Positions 17,288-26,519 of a stretch of DNA of 64,000 nt are shown here, in pieces (within the stretch, counting starts at the first letter, position 1; the number at the start of each line of letters is the position of its first letter). The stretch is from positions 26,465-90,464 of the forward strand of contig JAUVZD010000006.1 in the NCBI GenBank assembly GCA_030602715.1, read 5' to 3'. This DNA comes from Candidatus Coatesbacteria bacterium. Its GTDB lineage: Bacteria > RBG-13-66-14 > B26-G2 > JAUVZD01. The notes under the pieces are model-generated. The model did no database searches and was not told where the DNA came from. It saw only the letters and a program-made list of their open reading frames with translations. A program made the translations under genes and the position numbers.

Positions 17288-18667
17288 ATGTCTTATCTTT
17301 CCACTGTTCTCCTCATCCCCACAGTCTGCGCGACGGTATGTTATTTCCTCTGCTTCCGCACACCTCGTCTGGCTGGATATGTTTCTCTAGCAGGTTCGGT
17401 GTCCGCTCTGGTGATTCTGGGGTTTCTCTATCATCAATTTCATACCTCCGTAGTGTCCCCGGTCTCCTTTGGTAGCGGCTTTTTTGCCCTGAATTTTGAA
17501 GTCAATCACATTGCCCTGGTCCTGGCTTTCCTTTCCGCACTCACTGCACTCATCAGTTCCCTTATCTCCCCCAGAGATGTGGGCAGTTATCATTATGTGC
17601 TCATCCAACTGTCCCTGGCGGTGGTATTCGCCTTTCTCTTCAGCACCTCCCTGGTCTATTTCCTCCTGTTCTTGGAGCTTGCCAGCTTCCTCGCCTGGCG
17701 CTTGGGTGATACCACCCCGCTGGTCAAGGTGATGGTGCTAAATGACCGTTCTCTTCTGGTTCGCCAGGTGGGTATCCTGCTCTTGCTCATCGGATTGGTG
17801 CTGGCGGCTAAGACCTTCGGTTACGATGTGGCACATCTGGGGGCGAATGCTACCGGCTCGGCTCGCTTTCTCATGTTGCTGGGCATTTTGGCTTTGTGTG
17901 GGCAGGTGCCCTTCCAGACCTGGTTTCACGATGTGGGCACAGCAATGCCTTCCGCAGGAGCGCTTATCAACACGGTTCTCACCGCCAACCTGGGGTTCTA
18001 CTCCTATGTGATTCTCTTTGGGGGTGAGCCGATTACCGGCTTTTCCATCGCCTTTGCCTCCTATCTTGCTCTGGCTACGGCGATAATCTGCGGCGGAGCG
18101 GCGGTTATTGAGAATGATATGGGGAGGATGTTGGGTTACTCCACCGCCAGCGTGGTGGCTTTAGCCCTGCTTTCCGTCTTTCGTGGCGGGGATTTCGGTC
18201 TTGCTATGGGCTTACTGCTCATCGTGGTCAACTCCCTGATCAAGATGGGCTTCTTCGCCTTTATGGCTATAAACGACTCTCTGGGGTTGAAACGAGACTT
18301 CCGCTTCATGGGCGGATACGGCAAATCCTTCCCCTGGGTGGTGGTCGGGGCGATTCTCCTGAGCTTAGCCCTGACCCCATTCTCCCCCTTGATAAGCTTT
18401 TTCGCCTATTCGTTGTTTGCGGTTAATTTAGCCTGGGTCGGCTCCACCTGGATGGTGGTGCTGATAATGGGCGTTCTGGTGCTATACTGTGCCAATTCGT
18501 TGAGGATTATCTATTTCATATCCTTTGGTGCCCGGAGTGAGAGTCAGGTGGAGGGGAGGATGGTTGCCTCTCGGGTGCTTGCCTTCTCTCTCTCCGTGCT
18601 GTTTCTGCTCTTGTTTTCTCTGGGTGCCGTCCTCTATCCCCGTTTGATATATTCAATTGTGGGCTGA
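17288..18667 (+). CDS. Proton-conducting membrane transporter family protein (NuoL/NuoM/NuoN / Mrp MnhD-like antiporter subunit), highly divergent
   Basis: FQTWFHDVGTAMPSAGALINTVLTANLG aligns to the family [26 protein letters not shown] motif. GYSTASVVALALLSVF…LIKMGFFAF aligns to AYSSISHMGFVLL…FFKALLF (conserved Lys retained). About 14 TM segments. Confidence 0.55.
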   Translation: MSYLSTVLLIPTVCATVCYFLCFRTPRLAGYVSLAGSVSALVILGFLYHQFHTSVVSPVSFGSGFFALNFEVNHIALVLAFLSALTALISSLISPRDVGSYHYVLIQLSLAVVFAFLFSTSLVYFLLFLELASFLAWRLGDTTPLVKVMVLNDRSLLVRQVGILLLLIGLVLAAKTFGYDVAHLGANATGSARFLMLLGILALCGQVPFQTWFHDVGTAMPSAGALINTVLTANLGFYSYVILFGGEPITGFSIAFASYLALATAIICGGAAVIENDMGRMLGYSTASVVALALLSVFRGGDFGLAMGLLLIVVNSLIKMGFFAFMAINDSLGLKRDFRFMGGYGKSFPWVVVGAILLSLALTPFSPLISFFAYSLFAVNLAWVGSTWMVVLIMGVLVLYCANSLRIIYFISFGARSESQVEGRMVASRVLAFSLSVLFLLLFSLGAVLYPRLIYSIVG

Positions 18668-18673
18668 TGTAGG

Positions 18674-20401
18674 ATGTATGTAGCTAACTTCTCCATCGCA
18701 CTGGTGATTCCCTTTCTTGCCGGTCTGCTCATCCCCCTGACCGGCTCTGCCGGTAAATCTGTTGGTCGCTGGATTTTGGGCTTAGCCGGTCTTTCTGTCG
18801 CAGGGCTCTGGGGGGTCTGCGCCCTCCTTTATCCCCGGGGAGAACTCCTCCTCATCAAGGGTGGAATGATGGGTTTGGGGTTTTCGTTCCGTTCGGGAAT
18901 TCTGGAATACTGTCTGCTTATTCTCCTCTCCCTGGTTTCCGCCGTCTCCCTGTTTTATTCCAAAAAGGAGGATGAGGGCAGACCCGCCTTCTTATCCCTT
19001 GTGGCGTTCTGCTGGTGCTCCGTTCAGCTCTTTTTGGTCAGCTCGTTTATATTCCAGGGGATGTTCTTCCTCTTCATCTGGGGTTTACTGGTGGTGGTGA
19101 GGACCGCCTGGGTGGGTGGGGATTTGGGAAAGGAGGAGGGCAAGAGGAGCGCTTATTATTTTGCCGGGGTGATAATATTTTTGCTTTTTGCCTGGATAAC
19201 TGGCTACAAAATTGTAAGTGGCTTTGGGAATGTCTACATTTCGCCGTCTCTCACCGAAGCCTCCAGGACCGGTCTGGTCTTTGCCGCCCTGGCAACGCTG
19301 ACTATCTGGGGAGGAGCGCCGTTTTCCACATATAACTATACACTGCGCCGGAGGGTTGGGTCGGAGGAGAGGTTCCTCTTCTTCGCCCAAACTGCGGTTT
19401 TAGGGGGCTATCTACTGATAAAGGTGGGGACCGCTTTCATTGCTGGGGGGAGTTTTCTACCCTTTCTCATCCTGGGCTCAATAGCCGTCCTCGGCGGGGG
19501 GTTTGCTGCCCTCAAAGAATCCGACCCCCAGCATTATCTCGTGCAGGCACGTTCGGTATTGGGTGGAATACTGCTCATCTTTTTGGGGGCGGGCGTTCCC
19601 CAGGGGACAACAGCCGCATTTATCGGGGTTATGCTTTCGGTTGTGCTTTTCTTTTCCCTGGATGTGCTCTGGCGCAATCGTGAGGTAAGCCCCGGTGTGG
19701 TCAGGGTGGCTACCTGGGCTTTGGCGGTTCTCGTGTGTGGTCTTCCCCCCTTTGCTGGTTATTTCATGTTCTACTTTGGCTACACCGCCCTACTTACCCT
19801 CCCCTTGTGGCAGAAGATATTATTTATTCCCATAGCCGTCCTCGGTCAGGGGCTTTTGCTCTCCGCCTTACTGCGGGTGGCGCCTGCAAAAAGCGTTGTT
19901 GAATCGCCTGGTGAGGGTTCTGATGGGGTGGGAAGGTGGAAAGTCATCCCCGCCATCGTTGGCGTGGTTTTAATCGCCCTCGGTCCTCTGTGGTATCATC
20001 TCTCCACAAGGGCGAAGGCGATTATGTTAAACGAGTTTGTGCCCTTCTTTGGGGGGTGGGGTTTTGAATGGAGGATTGAGGTGCTCCTTTTGCTTCTCTT
20101 GGGCGTGGGGGTGTGGATAGTGTTGACCGGAATGACCCGTGATGCTCCGGGCAAGCTGGGCGGGGGAGATAGCCCCATCTTCCACTGGAAGCCCATTGCT
20201 TTGCTTTACTCCTTCTCCGCCGGAGGATGGCTTGATGCTTACCGCTATATTTCCTCAGCCATTTGGTTCACATCCTTCGCCCTTCTCCGTACTGAGAGGG
20301 CTATAGACCACATGCCCCGCTCTATCGCCTGGGCGCTGACCTTGCCGGCGCGCCTGCTCTATGACCGTATATTTGAGGATAAGGGTAAAGGGAGAGGGTA
20401 G
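18674..20401 (+). CDS. Multi-pass membrane protein, probably a second divergent NuoL/M/N-family antiporter-like subunit
   Basis: 575 aa, about 16 TM segments. A C-terminal-region CGLPPFAGYFMFYFGY matches the family GlPPlxGFxxKf helix motif. Core motifs are weak. Confidence 0.35.
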   Translation: MYVANFSIALVIPFLAGLLIPLTGSAGKSVGRWILGLAGLSVAGLWGVCALLYPRGELLLIKGGMMGLGFSFRSGILEYCLLILLSLVSAVSLFYSKKEDEGRPAFLSLVAFCWCSVQLFLVSSFIFQGMFFLFIWGLLVVVRTAWVGGDLGKEEGKRSAYYFAGVIIFLLFAWITGYKIVSGFGNVYISPSLTEASRTGLVFAALATLTIWGGAPFSTYNYTLRRRVGSEERFLFFAQTAVLGGYLLIKVGTAFIAGGSFLPFLILGSIAVLGGGFAALKESDPQHYLVQARSVLGGILLIFLGAGVPQGTTAAFIGVMLSVVLFFSLDVLWRNREVSPGVVRVATWALAVLVCGLPPFAGYFMFYFGYTALLTLPLWQKILFIPIAVLGQGLLLSALLRVAPAKSVVESPGEGSDGVGRWKVIPAIVGVVLIALGPLWYHLSTRAKAIMLNEFVPFFGGWGFEWRIEVLLLLLLGVGVWIVLTGMTRDAPGKLGGGDSPIFHWKPIALLYSFSAGGWLDAYRYISSAIWFTSFALLRTERAIDHMPRSIAWALTLPARLLYDRIFEDKGKGRG

Positions 20402-20433
20402 CGACACCTGATGCCGACGGATAAAATTGAGGG

Positions 20434-21813
20434 GTGGTTATGTCCTGGATATACATCTTCGCTATATTAATACCGGCGGTCAAGGCGGTTCTGTTGTTTG
20501 CCATATGGAAAAGCCCCCGTTGGTTGTATCTGGTCTTTGCTCTTTCGTTTGCATTCTGCTTCATTTTCTTCCTCGCCTTGACCCTGGGCACTTACTTCAA
20601 CCTGGGTTTCCTCTCCCATCTATCCAGCACGGTAGAACCTCAACCGCTCTTCTTTATCGCCGCCTTCAATATATTCTCCGCCTCCGTATTTGCTTACCTG
20701 GCATTCTTGAGAGAGGGGCTGTTTCATATCTCCGCAGTCAAACTATATATCCCTCTGCAGGTGCTCTTCTCCTGGACACTTCTTTTCCCCAGCTGGCCCA
20801 ACCTTCCCCTGGCATTGATTGTCTCCTCACTGGTCCTGTTCTTCGCTCTCTTATGGTGGGGGCATTTAGTGGGGCACAGATTCTGGGTCTATTTTCTGAC
20901 CACCGGTGCGGTAGTGGGTCTTCTTGTCTGGTTAATTCTGGAGATGTTCATTCCCCAAGGTGTCGGCTATGCGGGCGCAGGGATGTTATATCTGCTTTCG
21001 GTGGTCTTCGCCCATCTCGGTCTGGGTTTTCTTGCCGGTCAGGCGGTCATCACCCTATCCATACGCAAAAGGCATACTAAAAACGGCTTTCTGGCTCCGC
21101 TGGGTATCCTGACCGCTTTTTCGGTGCCGTTTATCTTCTGGACGATTTGGGGGGCGCACCATCCACCCTTGCGCATACCCTTGATGGTGGTTGGGCTGTT
21201 CCTTCTGGGCGTGGGGGCTCTGCTCTCCGGCAGCCGCCGCAACCAGCACTCCACCCCCATCTTCACTCTGCTCTGCAACTTTGGTTTAGTCTCCCTGGGG
21301 CTTGCCGCGGGAGGAGTTGAGGGCTATCTGGGGGCGGTTTTGGTGATGATGGGGATGCTTCTAACCAAACTTCCTCAAGCGATAGCCGTCTTCTATGGGG
21401 TGGATGCTGCTGGGGAGAAATTCAACTACGACCTGGAGGGGTTGGGAGAGGCTATGCCCCGTATGCAGAAGGTGCTGCGCTTCGCCGATGCCGCAGAGGC
21501 CGGGCTTCCGCCATTCCCCGGCTTCTTTGGAAGGCTTCTTATTGTCATCGCCTGCGTCAAAGCATTTCACTTCTCCGTGGCTTTGGTAGCCGCGGTGTTG
21601 GCTTTGGCTATCTTCGGACTGCTCTTAAATATGGAGATGCGCACTTATAGAGGAAAGCCCACACTGGATGTCTCCTCCATAAATGACATCGGAAGACTTC
21701 AGGTCATTCTTTTAGGCAGTACAATCATAATTCTTTTCATCTTCGGTCTGCTCTCCCCTTGGCTTATTGATGGACTGGGCAGTGTGGTCGTCTCTCGCTT
21801 TGCTGGAATGTAG
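20434..21813 (+). CDS. Multi-pass membrane protein, probably a third divergent NuoL/M/N-family antiporter-like subunit
   Basis: 459 aa with TPIFTLLCNFGLVSLGLAAGG…LLTKL and EAGLPPFPGFFGRLL, matching the family YSSxxHxG…K and GlPPxxGF motifs. Confidence 0.4.
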   Translation: MVMSWIYIFAILIPAVKAVLLFAIWKSPRWLYLVFALSFAFCFIFFLALTLGTYFNLGFLSHLSSTVEPQPLFFIAAFNIFSASVFAYLAFLREGLFHISAVKLYIPLQVLFSWTLLFPSWPNLPLALIVSSLVLFFALLWWGHLVGHRFWVYFLTTGAVVGLLVWLILEMFIPQGVGYAGAGMLYLLSVVFAHLGLGFLAGQAVITLSIRKRHTKNGFLAPLGILTAFSVPFIFWTIWGAHHPPLRIPLMVVGLFLLGVGALLSGSRRNQHSTPIFTLLCNFGLVSLGLAAGGVEGYLGAVLVMMGMLLTKLPQAIAVFYGVDAAGEKFNYDLEGLGEAMPRMQKVLRFADAAEAGLPPFPGFFGRLLIVIACVKAFHFSVALVAAVLALAIFGLLLNMEMRTYRGKPTLDVSSINDIGRLQVILLGSTIIILFIFGLLSPWLIDGLGSVVVSRFAGM

Positions 21814-21862
21814 GGATGGAGGGAATTTTTCAATCATTCGGGTAGTTAACTAAAATGGATAT

Positions 21863-22324
21863 TTGAAAGGTTTCAGGAGATTGGTTATGGGTGGAAATGA
21901 GGAACTGATACTGAAAATTCTCCGGGAGGCAAAGACACTTGCAGTTGTGGGCTTGTCTGACAAGCTCGGTCGGGCAAGCCACCGGGTGGGTGCTTATATG
22001 AAGAATAAAGGCTATCGCATAATACCGGTCAATCCCCGCTGTAAGGATGTATTGGGTGAGCGATGCTATCCTTCCTTGAAGGATGTTCCCGAGAGAGTGG
22101 ATGTGGTGTTGGTGTTCCGCCGACCGGAGGACACCCCTCCCATAGCAGAAGATGCGGTGGCGGTCGGTGCCGGGTATCTCTGGCTGCAGGAGGGGATCTC
22201 AAATGAGCAGGCGAAGAGTGTAGCTGTTGAGGGCGGGCTTGAGGTGGTGATGGACAGGTGTATGATGAAGGCGCATATGGAGCATAAAGAAAAACTGGGA
22301 GGAAATCCAAGCTCGGATGTGTGA
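21863..22324 (+). CDS. CoA-binding domain protein (YccU-like)
   Basis: …AKTLAVVGLSDKLGRASHRVGAYMKNKGYRIIPVNPR…ERCYPSLKDVPERVDVVLVFRRPEDTP…AGYLWLQEG is the typical CoA_binding_2 pattern. Confidence 0.7.
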   Translation: MKGFRRLVMGGNEELILKILREAKTLAVVGLSDKLGRASHRVGAYMKNKGYRIIPVNPRCKDVLGERCYPSLKDVPERVDVVLVFRRPEDTPPIAEDAVAVGAGYLWLQEGISNEQAKSVAVEGGLEVVMDRCMMKAHMEHKEKLGGNPSSDV

Positions 22325-22327
22325 GAG

Positions 22328-22492
22328 GTGGTCATAGTGGGCGGAGGCCCTGCGGCGTTGACTGCAGCTATCTACGCCTCACGCAGTGGCAACCGTACTC
22401 TGCTGCTGGAGGCCGGTCTGCCCGGTGGGATGGTGCGGCGGCGGTGTTTTCAGCCCATCGTTATCTTGAAGGATATTAGGAGGCAAAGATGA
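22328..22492 (+). pseudogene. Remnant of a thioredoxin-reductase-like (FAD/NAD Rossmann N-terminus) gene, 54 codons
   Basis: Reading in frame directly after the CoA-binding gene stop gives [36 protein letters not shown]…, the canonical N-terminal dinucleotide-binding segment of TrxB-like flavoproteins. It then runs into a stop after 54 codons with no catalytic CxxC region. Confidence 0.45.
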
Positions 22493-22608
22493 ACGAATTC
22501 AAAGAGAAGAGCGGAAAGTGGATGATAGCCCTTATTATCGGCTTAGCACTTTTCGCCCTGTTAATCTACATCAGCGGAATGCTGGGCTGGTTCGGCGGGA
22601 GTAGCTGA
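22489..22608 (+). CDS. Small membrane protein (39 aa): [39 protein letters not shown]
   Basis: The ATG overlaps the TGA of the trxB-like remnant (agATGa), with aggagg 7 nt upstream. One TM helix. Too short for the ORF track. Confidence 0.35.
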   Translation: MNEFKEKSGKWMIALIIGLALFALLIYISGMLGWFGGSS

Positions 22609-22811
22609 ATGTAATTGGAGCGGTGCTCTTGAGGAGGCTCAAGAGCTGAGAAATGGGGGAGGGAAAAAACCTTACCCGATAAAGTCTGTTTGTGCCGGAA
22701 ACATTTTGATGAGGGGATATCTATTTGGATATCTCCTCATTTATTATAAATAGGTTGGTATTCGTGGAAATTATCTTAGACTCTATTTAAAAAAAAAACA
22801 GCAAAAAAGCC

Positions 22812-22840
22812 TTGACAGGGGAAAGAAATTTTGGTAATAT
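22812..22840 (+). promoter_or_regulatory. Near-consensus sigma70 promoter: TTGACA, 17-nt spacer, TAATAT
   Basis: ttgaca at 22812..22817 and taatat at 22835..22840 inside an A/T-rich tract (with an A10 run just upstream), about 50 nt upstream of the 22892 start, which has an aggagg RBS. Confidence 0.55.
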
Positions 22841-22891
22841 GTAATTGAATTACGAGTAACTATGTTTCTTATTTTAAGAAGGAGGTGAACG

Positions 22892-23434
22892 ATGGAAGAG
22901 AAAAAAGGTAAGAAGAGAGCTCACCGTGCAGGCGTTGGGCGCAAAGGCAAGGAAGAGCCTACTAAGGGAGAAAAGAAGGGGGAGGAAGAGGTGGAGGAGC
23001 GCTTGATTGAGCGCATCGGTCGGGGAATTCGTCAATCCCGCATCACCGAAGCCATCTCCTCAGCAGGCGAAGTTACCGGAGAGGTAATCAGGGGCTTGAT
23101 GAGCGGAAGAGAGAATGTCCTCATGGTGCGAATAAGCCGGGAGGTGATGGAGAAGATTGATAGTCTGGTGGATGCGGGCATGGCGCGAAGTCGCTCCGAG
23201 GGCGCCGCTTTCCTGATGGCTGTGGGCATCAGCTCCCAGGAGGAGCTCTTTAAGCTGATTGGAAAAAAGATCGCCCAGATCCGTAAGATTCGTGAAGAGC
23301 TACAGGGAATGGTCAAGGAAAGGGTCAAGGGATTCGTCGCCGAAGAGGCGAAGCAGGGTAAGAGACCGGAGAAAAAGCCTGCTGATGAGCCGGAGAAGAA
23401 ACCAGATGAGGAACCCGAAGGGAGCCCGCAGTAA
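22892..23434 (+). CDS. Lys/Glu-rich protein with a ribbon-helix-helix-like (CopG/Arc/MetJ-type) core
   Basis: Highly charged N- and C-terminal tails (KKGKKRAH…, …KRPEKKPADEPEKKPDEEPE). Central VLMVRISREVMEKIDSLVDAGMARSRSEGAAFLMAVGI resembles the RHH beta-strand, helix, G-x-S/T-R-S-E helix-start pattern. Confidence 0.4.
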   Translation: MEEKKGKKRAHRAGVGRKGKEEPTKGEKKGEEEVEERLIERIGRGIRQSRITEAISSAGEVTGEVIRGLMSGRENVLMVRISREVMEKIDSLVDAGMARSRSEGAAFLMAVGISSQEELFKLIGKKIAQIRKIREELQGMVKERVKGFVAEEAKQGKRPEKKPADEPEKKPDEEPEGSPQ

Positions 23435-23463
23435 GCAAGACGCCTGAAACCTACACAAAAAAA

Positions 23464-23494
23464 AGACCGTCTGAATCGTCTCGGACGGTCTTTT
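23464..23494. terminator. Bidirectional Rho-independent terminator between the convergent 22892 and gmhB-like genes
   Basis: gaccgtc / gacggtc 7-bp stem, 12-nt loop, TTTT downstream and AAAAAAA upstream. Confidence 0.55.
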
Positions 23495-23509
23495 ACTTCT
23501 CAGGCAGGA

Positions 23510-24088
23510 CTATTTGTTATATGCCAGAAGCCAGCGCACCGCCCAGAGCAGGTCGGGAAAGACCATTTTTGGAGCAACCTGCAAAGCCCGCACATCTTTC
23601 TGCTGGAGACAACCAGAGAGAACCAGGATGGGCTCGCAATAGACCGCCTTGCCGGCGGTTATATCACGTTCGTTGTCCCCGATGATATATCTGTTTTTGG
23701 GGATTATCCCCTTCTCCCGGGAAAGCGTCTTCAGTATCTCCTCCAACATACCCGCCTTTGGCTTTCGGCACCCACAGTCCTCATCCGGCTTGTGCGGGCA
23801 GTATCTGGCAATGGTGATTCTTCCCCCCGCCTGGCGGATGTCGCTCATCATTTGGTTGTGCACCGCCATCAACTGTTCCTGACTCATCAACCCCCGCCCA
23901 ACGCCAGATTGGTTGGAGACGATAGCGGTGAGGATTCCTGCCTCCTTGAGCAGACGCAGTGCTTGAAGTGAGCCGGGGATGTATGTGATGTCCTCGGGAC
24001 GGGTGATAAACTCTCCGCTCTCGGTGGTGATTACTCCATCACGGTCCAGAAAGACCAAGATGGTGCTAGATGGGGAGCTTTTTTTCAT
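23510..24088 (-). CDS. gmhB: D,D-heptose 1,7-bisphosphate phosphatase-like HAD-IIIA (histidinol-phosphatase family) enzyme
   Basis: DRDGVI (the HAD motif I DxDGT variant), Zn-site Cys pattern CPHKPDEDCGCRKPKAGM, and motif IV GDNERD. Confidence 0.65.
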   Translation of the reverse strand: MKKSSPSSTILVFLDRDGVITTESGEFITRPEDITYIPGSLQALRLLKEAGILTAIVSNQSGVGRGLMSQEQLMAVHNQMMSDIRQAGGRITIARYCPHKPDEDCGCRKPKAGMLEEILKTLSREKGIIPKNRYIIGDNERDITAGKAVYCEPILVLSGCLQQKDVRALQVAPKMVFPDLLWAVRWLLAYNK

Positions 24089-24091
24089 GGA

Positions 24092-25018
24092 CTAGTCGGA
24101 TAGGCTTTGCAGGAGGAGGTCTATGCCCTCTTTCAGGTTGACAATCGGCTCCCAGCCGAGCTCTTTTTTTGCCTTGTTGCAGTCCAGGCAGATGTGATTG
24201 ATATCGCCTAATTTTGGTGAGGAATAGGTGGGTTTTTTCTTGTAGGAGAGGGCATCTGCCAGGAGGTGGAATATCTCCTTGACCGAGGTCTCCACTCCGC
24301 TGCCGATGTTGTAACTGCCTGTGGGCACATTGTTGGTTACCAATAGGTTGGAGCGCACCACATCGGAGACGAATAGGTAATCTCTGGTGGCGCTGCCGTC
24401 ACCGAAGATGGTGAGGGGTTTGCCCTCCAGCATGGCTTGGCTGAAGATAGCCAACACCCCCGCTTCCCCGTGTGGGTCCTGCCGGGGACCATAAACATTG
24501 GGGTAGCGCAGGCAGACATAGGGCAGATTGGTCTGGCAGTGGATGAGCCTCAGGTACTCCTCCACGGTGTATTTTGAGAGTCCGTATGGGGAGACGGGGT
24601 TGATGGGATGGTCTTCTGGCACCGGGCAGTATAGCGGCTCACCATAGATGGCTCCGCCGGAGGATATGTAGATAAATTTTTCCGCCCCGGCTTTGACCCC
24701 GGCTTTGATGACATTTATGGAGCCGATGATGTTTATCCGGGCGTCGTAGGAGGGTTTTTTCACCGATAGACGGGCATCAATTTGGGCGGCGTAATGGTGG
24801 ATGTAGTTGGGGGAAAAATCGTGGATAGACTTAAATATCGCCTCCTCATCGCAGATGTCCAGCACCTTCAGTTCCGCCCGGGGGTTTACATTCTCCCGCC
24901 TTCCGCTGGATAGGTTGTCAATGACCAGAACCTCGTGTCCCAGCTCAACCAGGGAATCTACCAGATGGGAACCGATGAAGCCGGCGCCGCCGGTTACCAA
25001 CGACCTCAATTTATACAC
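24092..25018 (-). CDS. NAD-dependent epimerase/dehydratase (UDP-sugar 4-epimerase-like SDR)
   Basis: [16 protein letters not shown] Rossmann motif and a YxxxK-containing extended SDR fold. 308 aa. Confidence 0.7.
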   Translation of the reverse strand: MYKLRSLVTGGAGFIGSHLVDSLVELGHEVLVIDNLSSGRRENVNPRAELKVLDICDEEAIFKSIHDFSPNYIHHYAAQIDARLSVKKPSYDARINIIGSINVIKAGVKAGAEKFIYISSGGAIYGEPLYCPVPEDHPINPVSPYGLSKYTVEEYLRLIHCQTNLPYVCLRYPNVYGPRQDPHGEAGVLAIFSQAMLEGKPLTIFGDGSATRDYLFVSDVVRSNLLVTNNVPTGSYNIGSGVETSVKEIFHLLADALSYKKKPTYSSPKLGDINHICLDCNKAKKELGWEPIVNLKEGIDLLLQSLSD

Positions 25019-25027
25019 CGCCCTTCA

Positions 25028-26515
25028 TCAATAGGCACCTTTCATTGTAAATACCGAGGGAAGAGTCATAAGCAGAATCTTTATGTCTAACCAGAGGCTC
25101 CAATTTTCAATGTAGAAGAGGTCCAGCTTTATTATCTCATCAAAGGATAATTCTGAACGACCCCTTACCTGGGGCAATCCGGTAATTCCCTGAGGCGCCT
25201 GCAAACGGCGGTAATGCCAGGGCTTGAATCTTTCTACCTCTTTGGGAGTAAGAGGGCGGGGTCCGATGATGGACATATGGCCCAAGAGGACATTTAGCAG
25301 TTGGGGGAGCTCGTCCAGGGAGGTCTTGCGCAGGAAGCGTCCTACTCTGGTTATTCGTGGGTCATCCTTCTGTTTAAAGAGGACTTCATCCTTCTTCAGC
25401 CTTTTTAAATGCTCCTTCATCGCCTCCGCATTCTGTTGCATGGAACGGAATTTGAAGATGCGGAAGATTTTATTCCCCTCTCCCACTCTTTCCTGGCGGA
25501 AGAATACCGGTCCGGGGGAATCCAGTTTTATCGCCAGGGCGATGATGAGCCATATGGGTGAAGTAACGGCGATGGTTATAGAGGAGATGGAAAAATCTGC
25601 CAGCCGTTTGATAGATCGGAAGAACCAGTTTAAACGACTGCCCACCAGGGAGTACAAGGTGATGGAGCCGATCTGATAGGGTTTCACCTTAAAGCTGATC
25701 ACCTCAAAGACGTCCGGCATAATTCGGAAGGTGATTTCGTTCTTTCTCAGTATGGTGATTATTTTTAGCAGTTTGTCATGGCTTATTGAGGGCATGGCGA
25801 TGAATACCTGGCTTACATCCATCTTTTCACAAAGGCTGATCAGCCTCCCCCCTTTTCCAAGATATGGCAATTTCTTGCCCTGGTAGATGGTGATTCCTTT
25901 ACCTTTGCCTTTGGGGTCATCGTCCACAAATCCTTGCAGGGCTTTGGCATGTGGTGAGAACAGGAGAATCTCTGAGGCAAGTAGCTTTCCCGCTTTACCG
26001 GCGCCATAGATGATGATATTTCCGAGATTGTATCCTCGCTGTAGAAGGAAGGTGTTTATTGAATAGAGCAGAACCCGCCAACCTCCGACGAGTATTATAG
26101 TGAACATCATGCTCCACAGGACGATAAAGCGGGAGATTTTAATCCACTTAAAGAAATAGCAGATGCCGATGGTTATTATCAGACCAAAGATGGCGATCTT
26201 GGCTGCATTGGCGAACTCGTCCAGTCTGGAGGACCGTTGCTCAAGGTCGTAGGCACGAAAGTGGAGGCTTACCAAAGTCATAATGGCGCTGTAGAGCACC
26301 GAGGCTTTGATGTAGGTATAGATTCTTACGGGTATAAAAACGTCGGGAATGTGAAGAATATCATGGATTCCTAGGTTTTGTACCAGGCTGTATAGAATAT
26401 CGCTCAACAGGAAACGCAGTTCGTATGCCAGAAACATCGCCAGGTAGAAGAGCAGAAAATCTACCACCCAGACCAATATTTTGGTTGTCAGTTGTGCTTG
26501 CCTCTTTCGCTTCAT
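25028..26515 (-). CDS. Polyprenyl-phosphate sugar phosphotransferase (WbaP/WcaJ-like initiating 'bacterial sugar transferase')
   Basis: N-terminal TM helices, a central Rossmann-like segment, and C-terminal …FKFRSM…SLDELPQLLNVLLGHMSIIGPRP, which is diagnostic of this family. Confidence 0.8.
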   Translation of the reverse strand: MKRKRQAQLTTKILVWVVDFLLFYLAMFLAYELRFLLSDILYSLVQNLGIHDILHIPDVFIPVRIYTYIKASVLYSAIMTLVSLHFRAYDLEQRSSRLDEFANAAKIAIFGLIITIGICYFFKWIKISRFIVLWSMMFTIILVGGWRVLLYSINTFLLQRGYNLGNIIIYGAGKAGKLLASEILLFSPHAKALQGFVDDDPKGKGKGITIYQGKKLPYLGKGGRLISLCEKMDVSQVFIAMPSISHDKLLKIITILRKNEITFRIMPDVFEVISFKVKPYQIGSITLYSLVGSRLNWFFRSIKRLADFSISSITIAVTSPIWLIIALAIKLDSPGPVFFRQERVGEGNKIFRIFKFRSMQQNAEAMKEHLKRLKKDEVLFKQKDDPRITRVGRFLRKTSLDELPQLLNVLLGHMSIIGPRPLTPKEVERFKPWHYRRLQAPQGITGLPQVRGRSELSFDEIIKLDLFYIENWSLWLDIKILLMTLPSVFTMKGAY

Positions 26516-26519
26516 AGAC

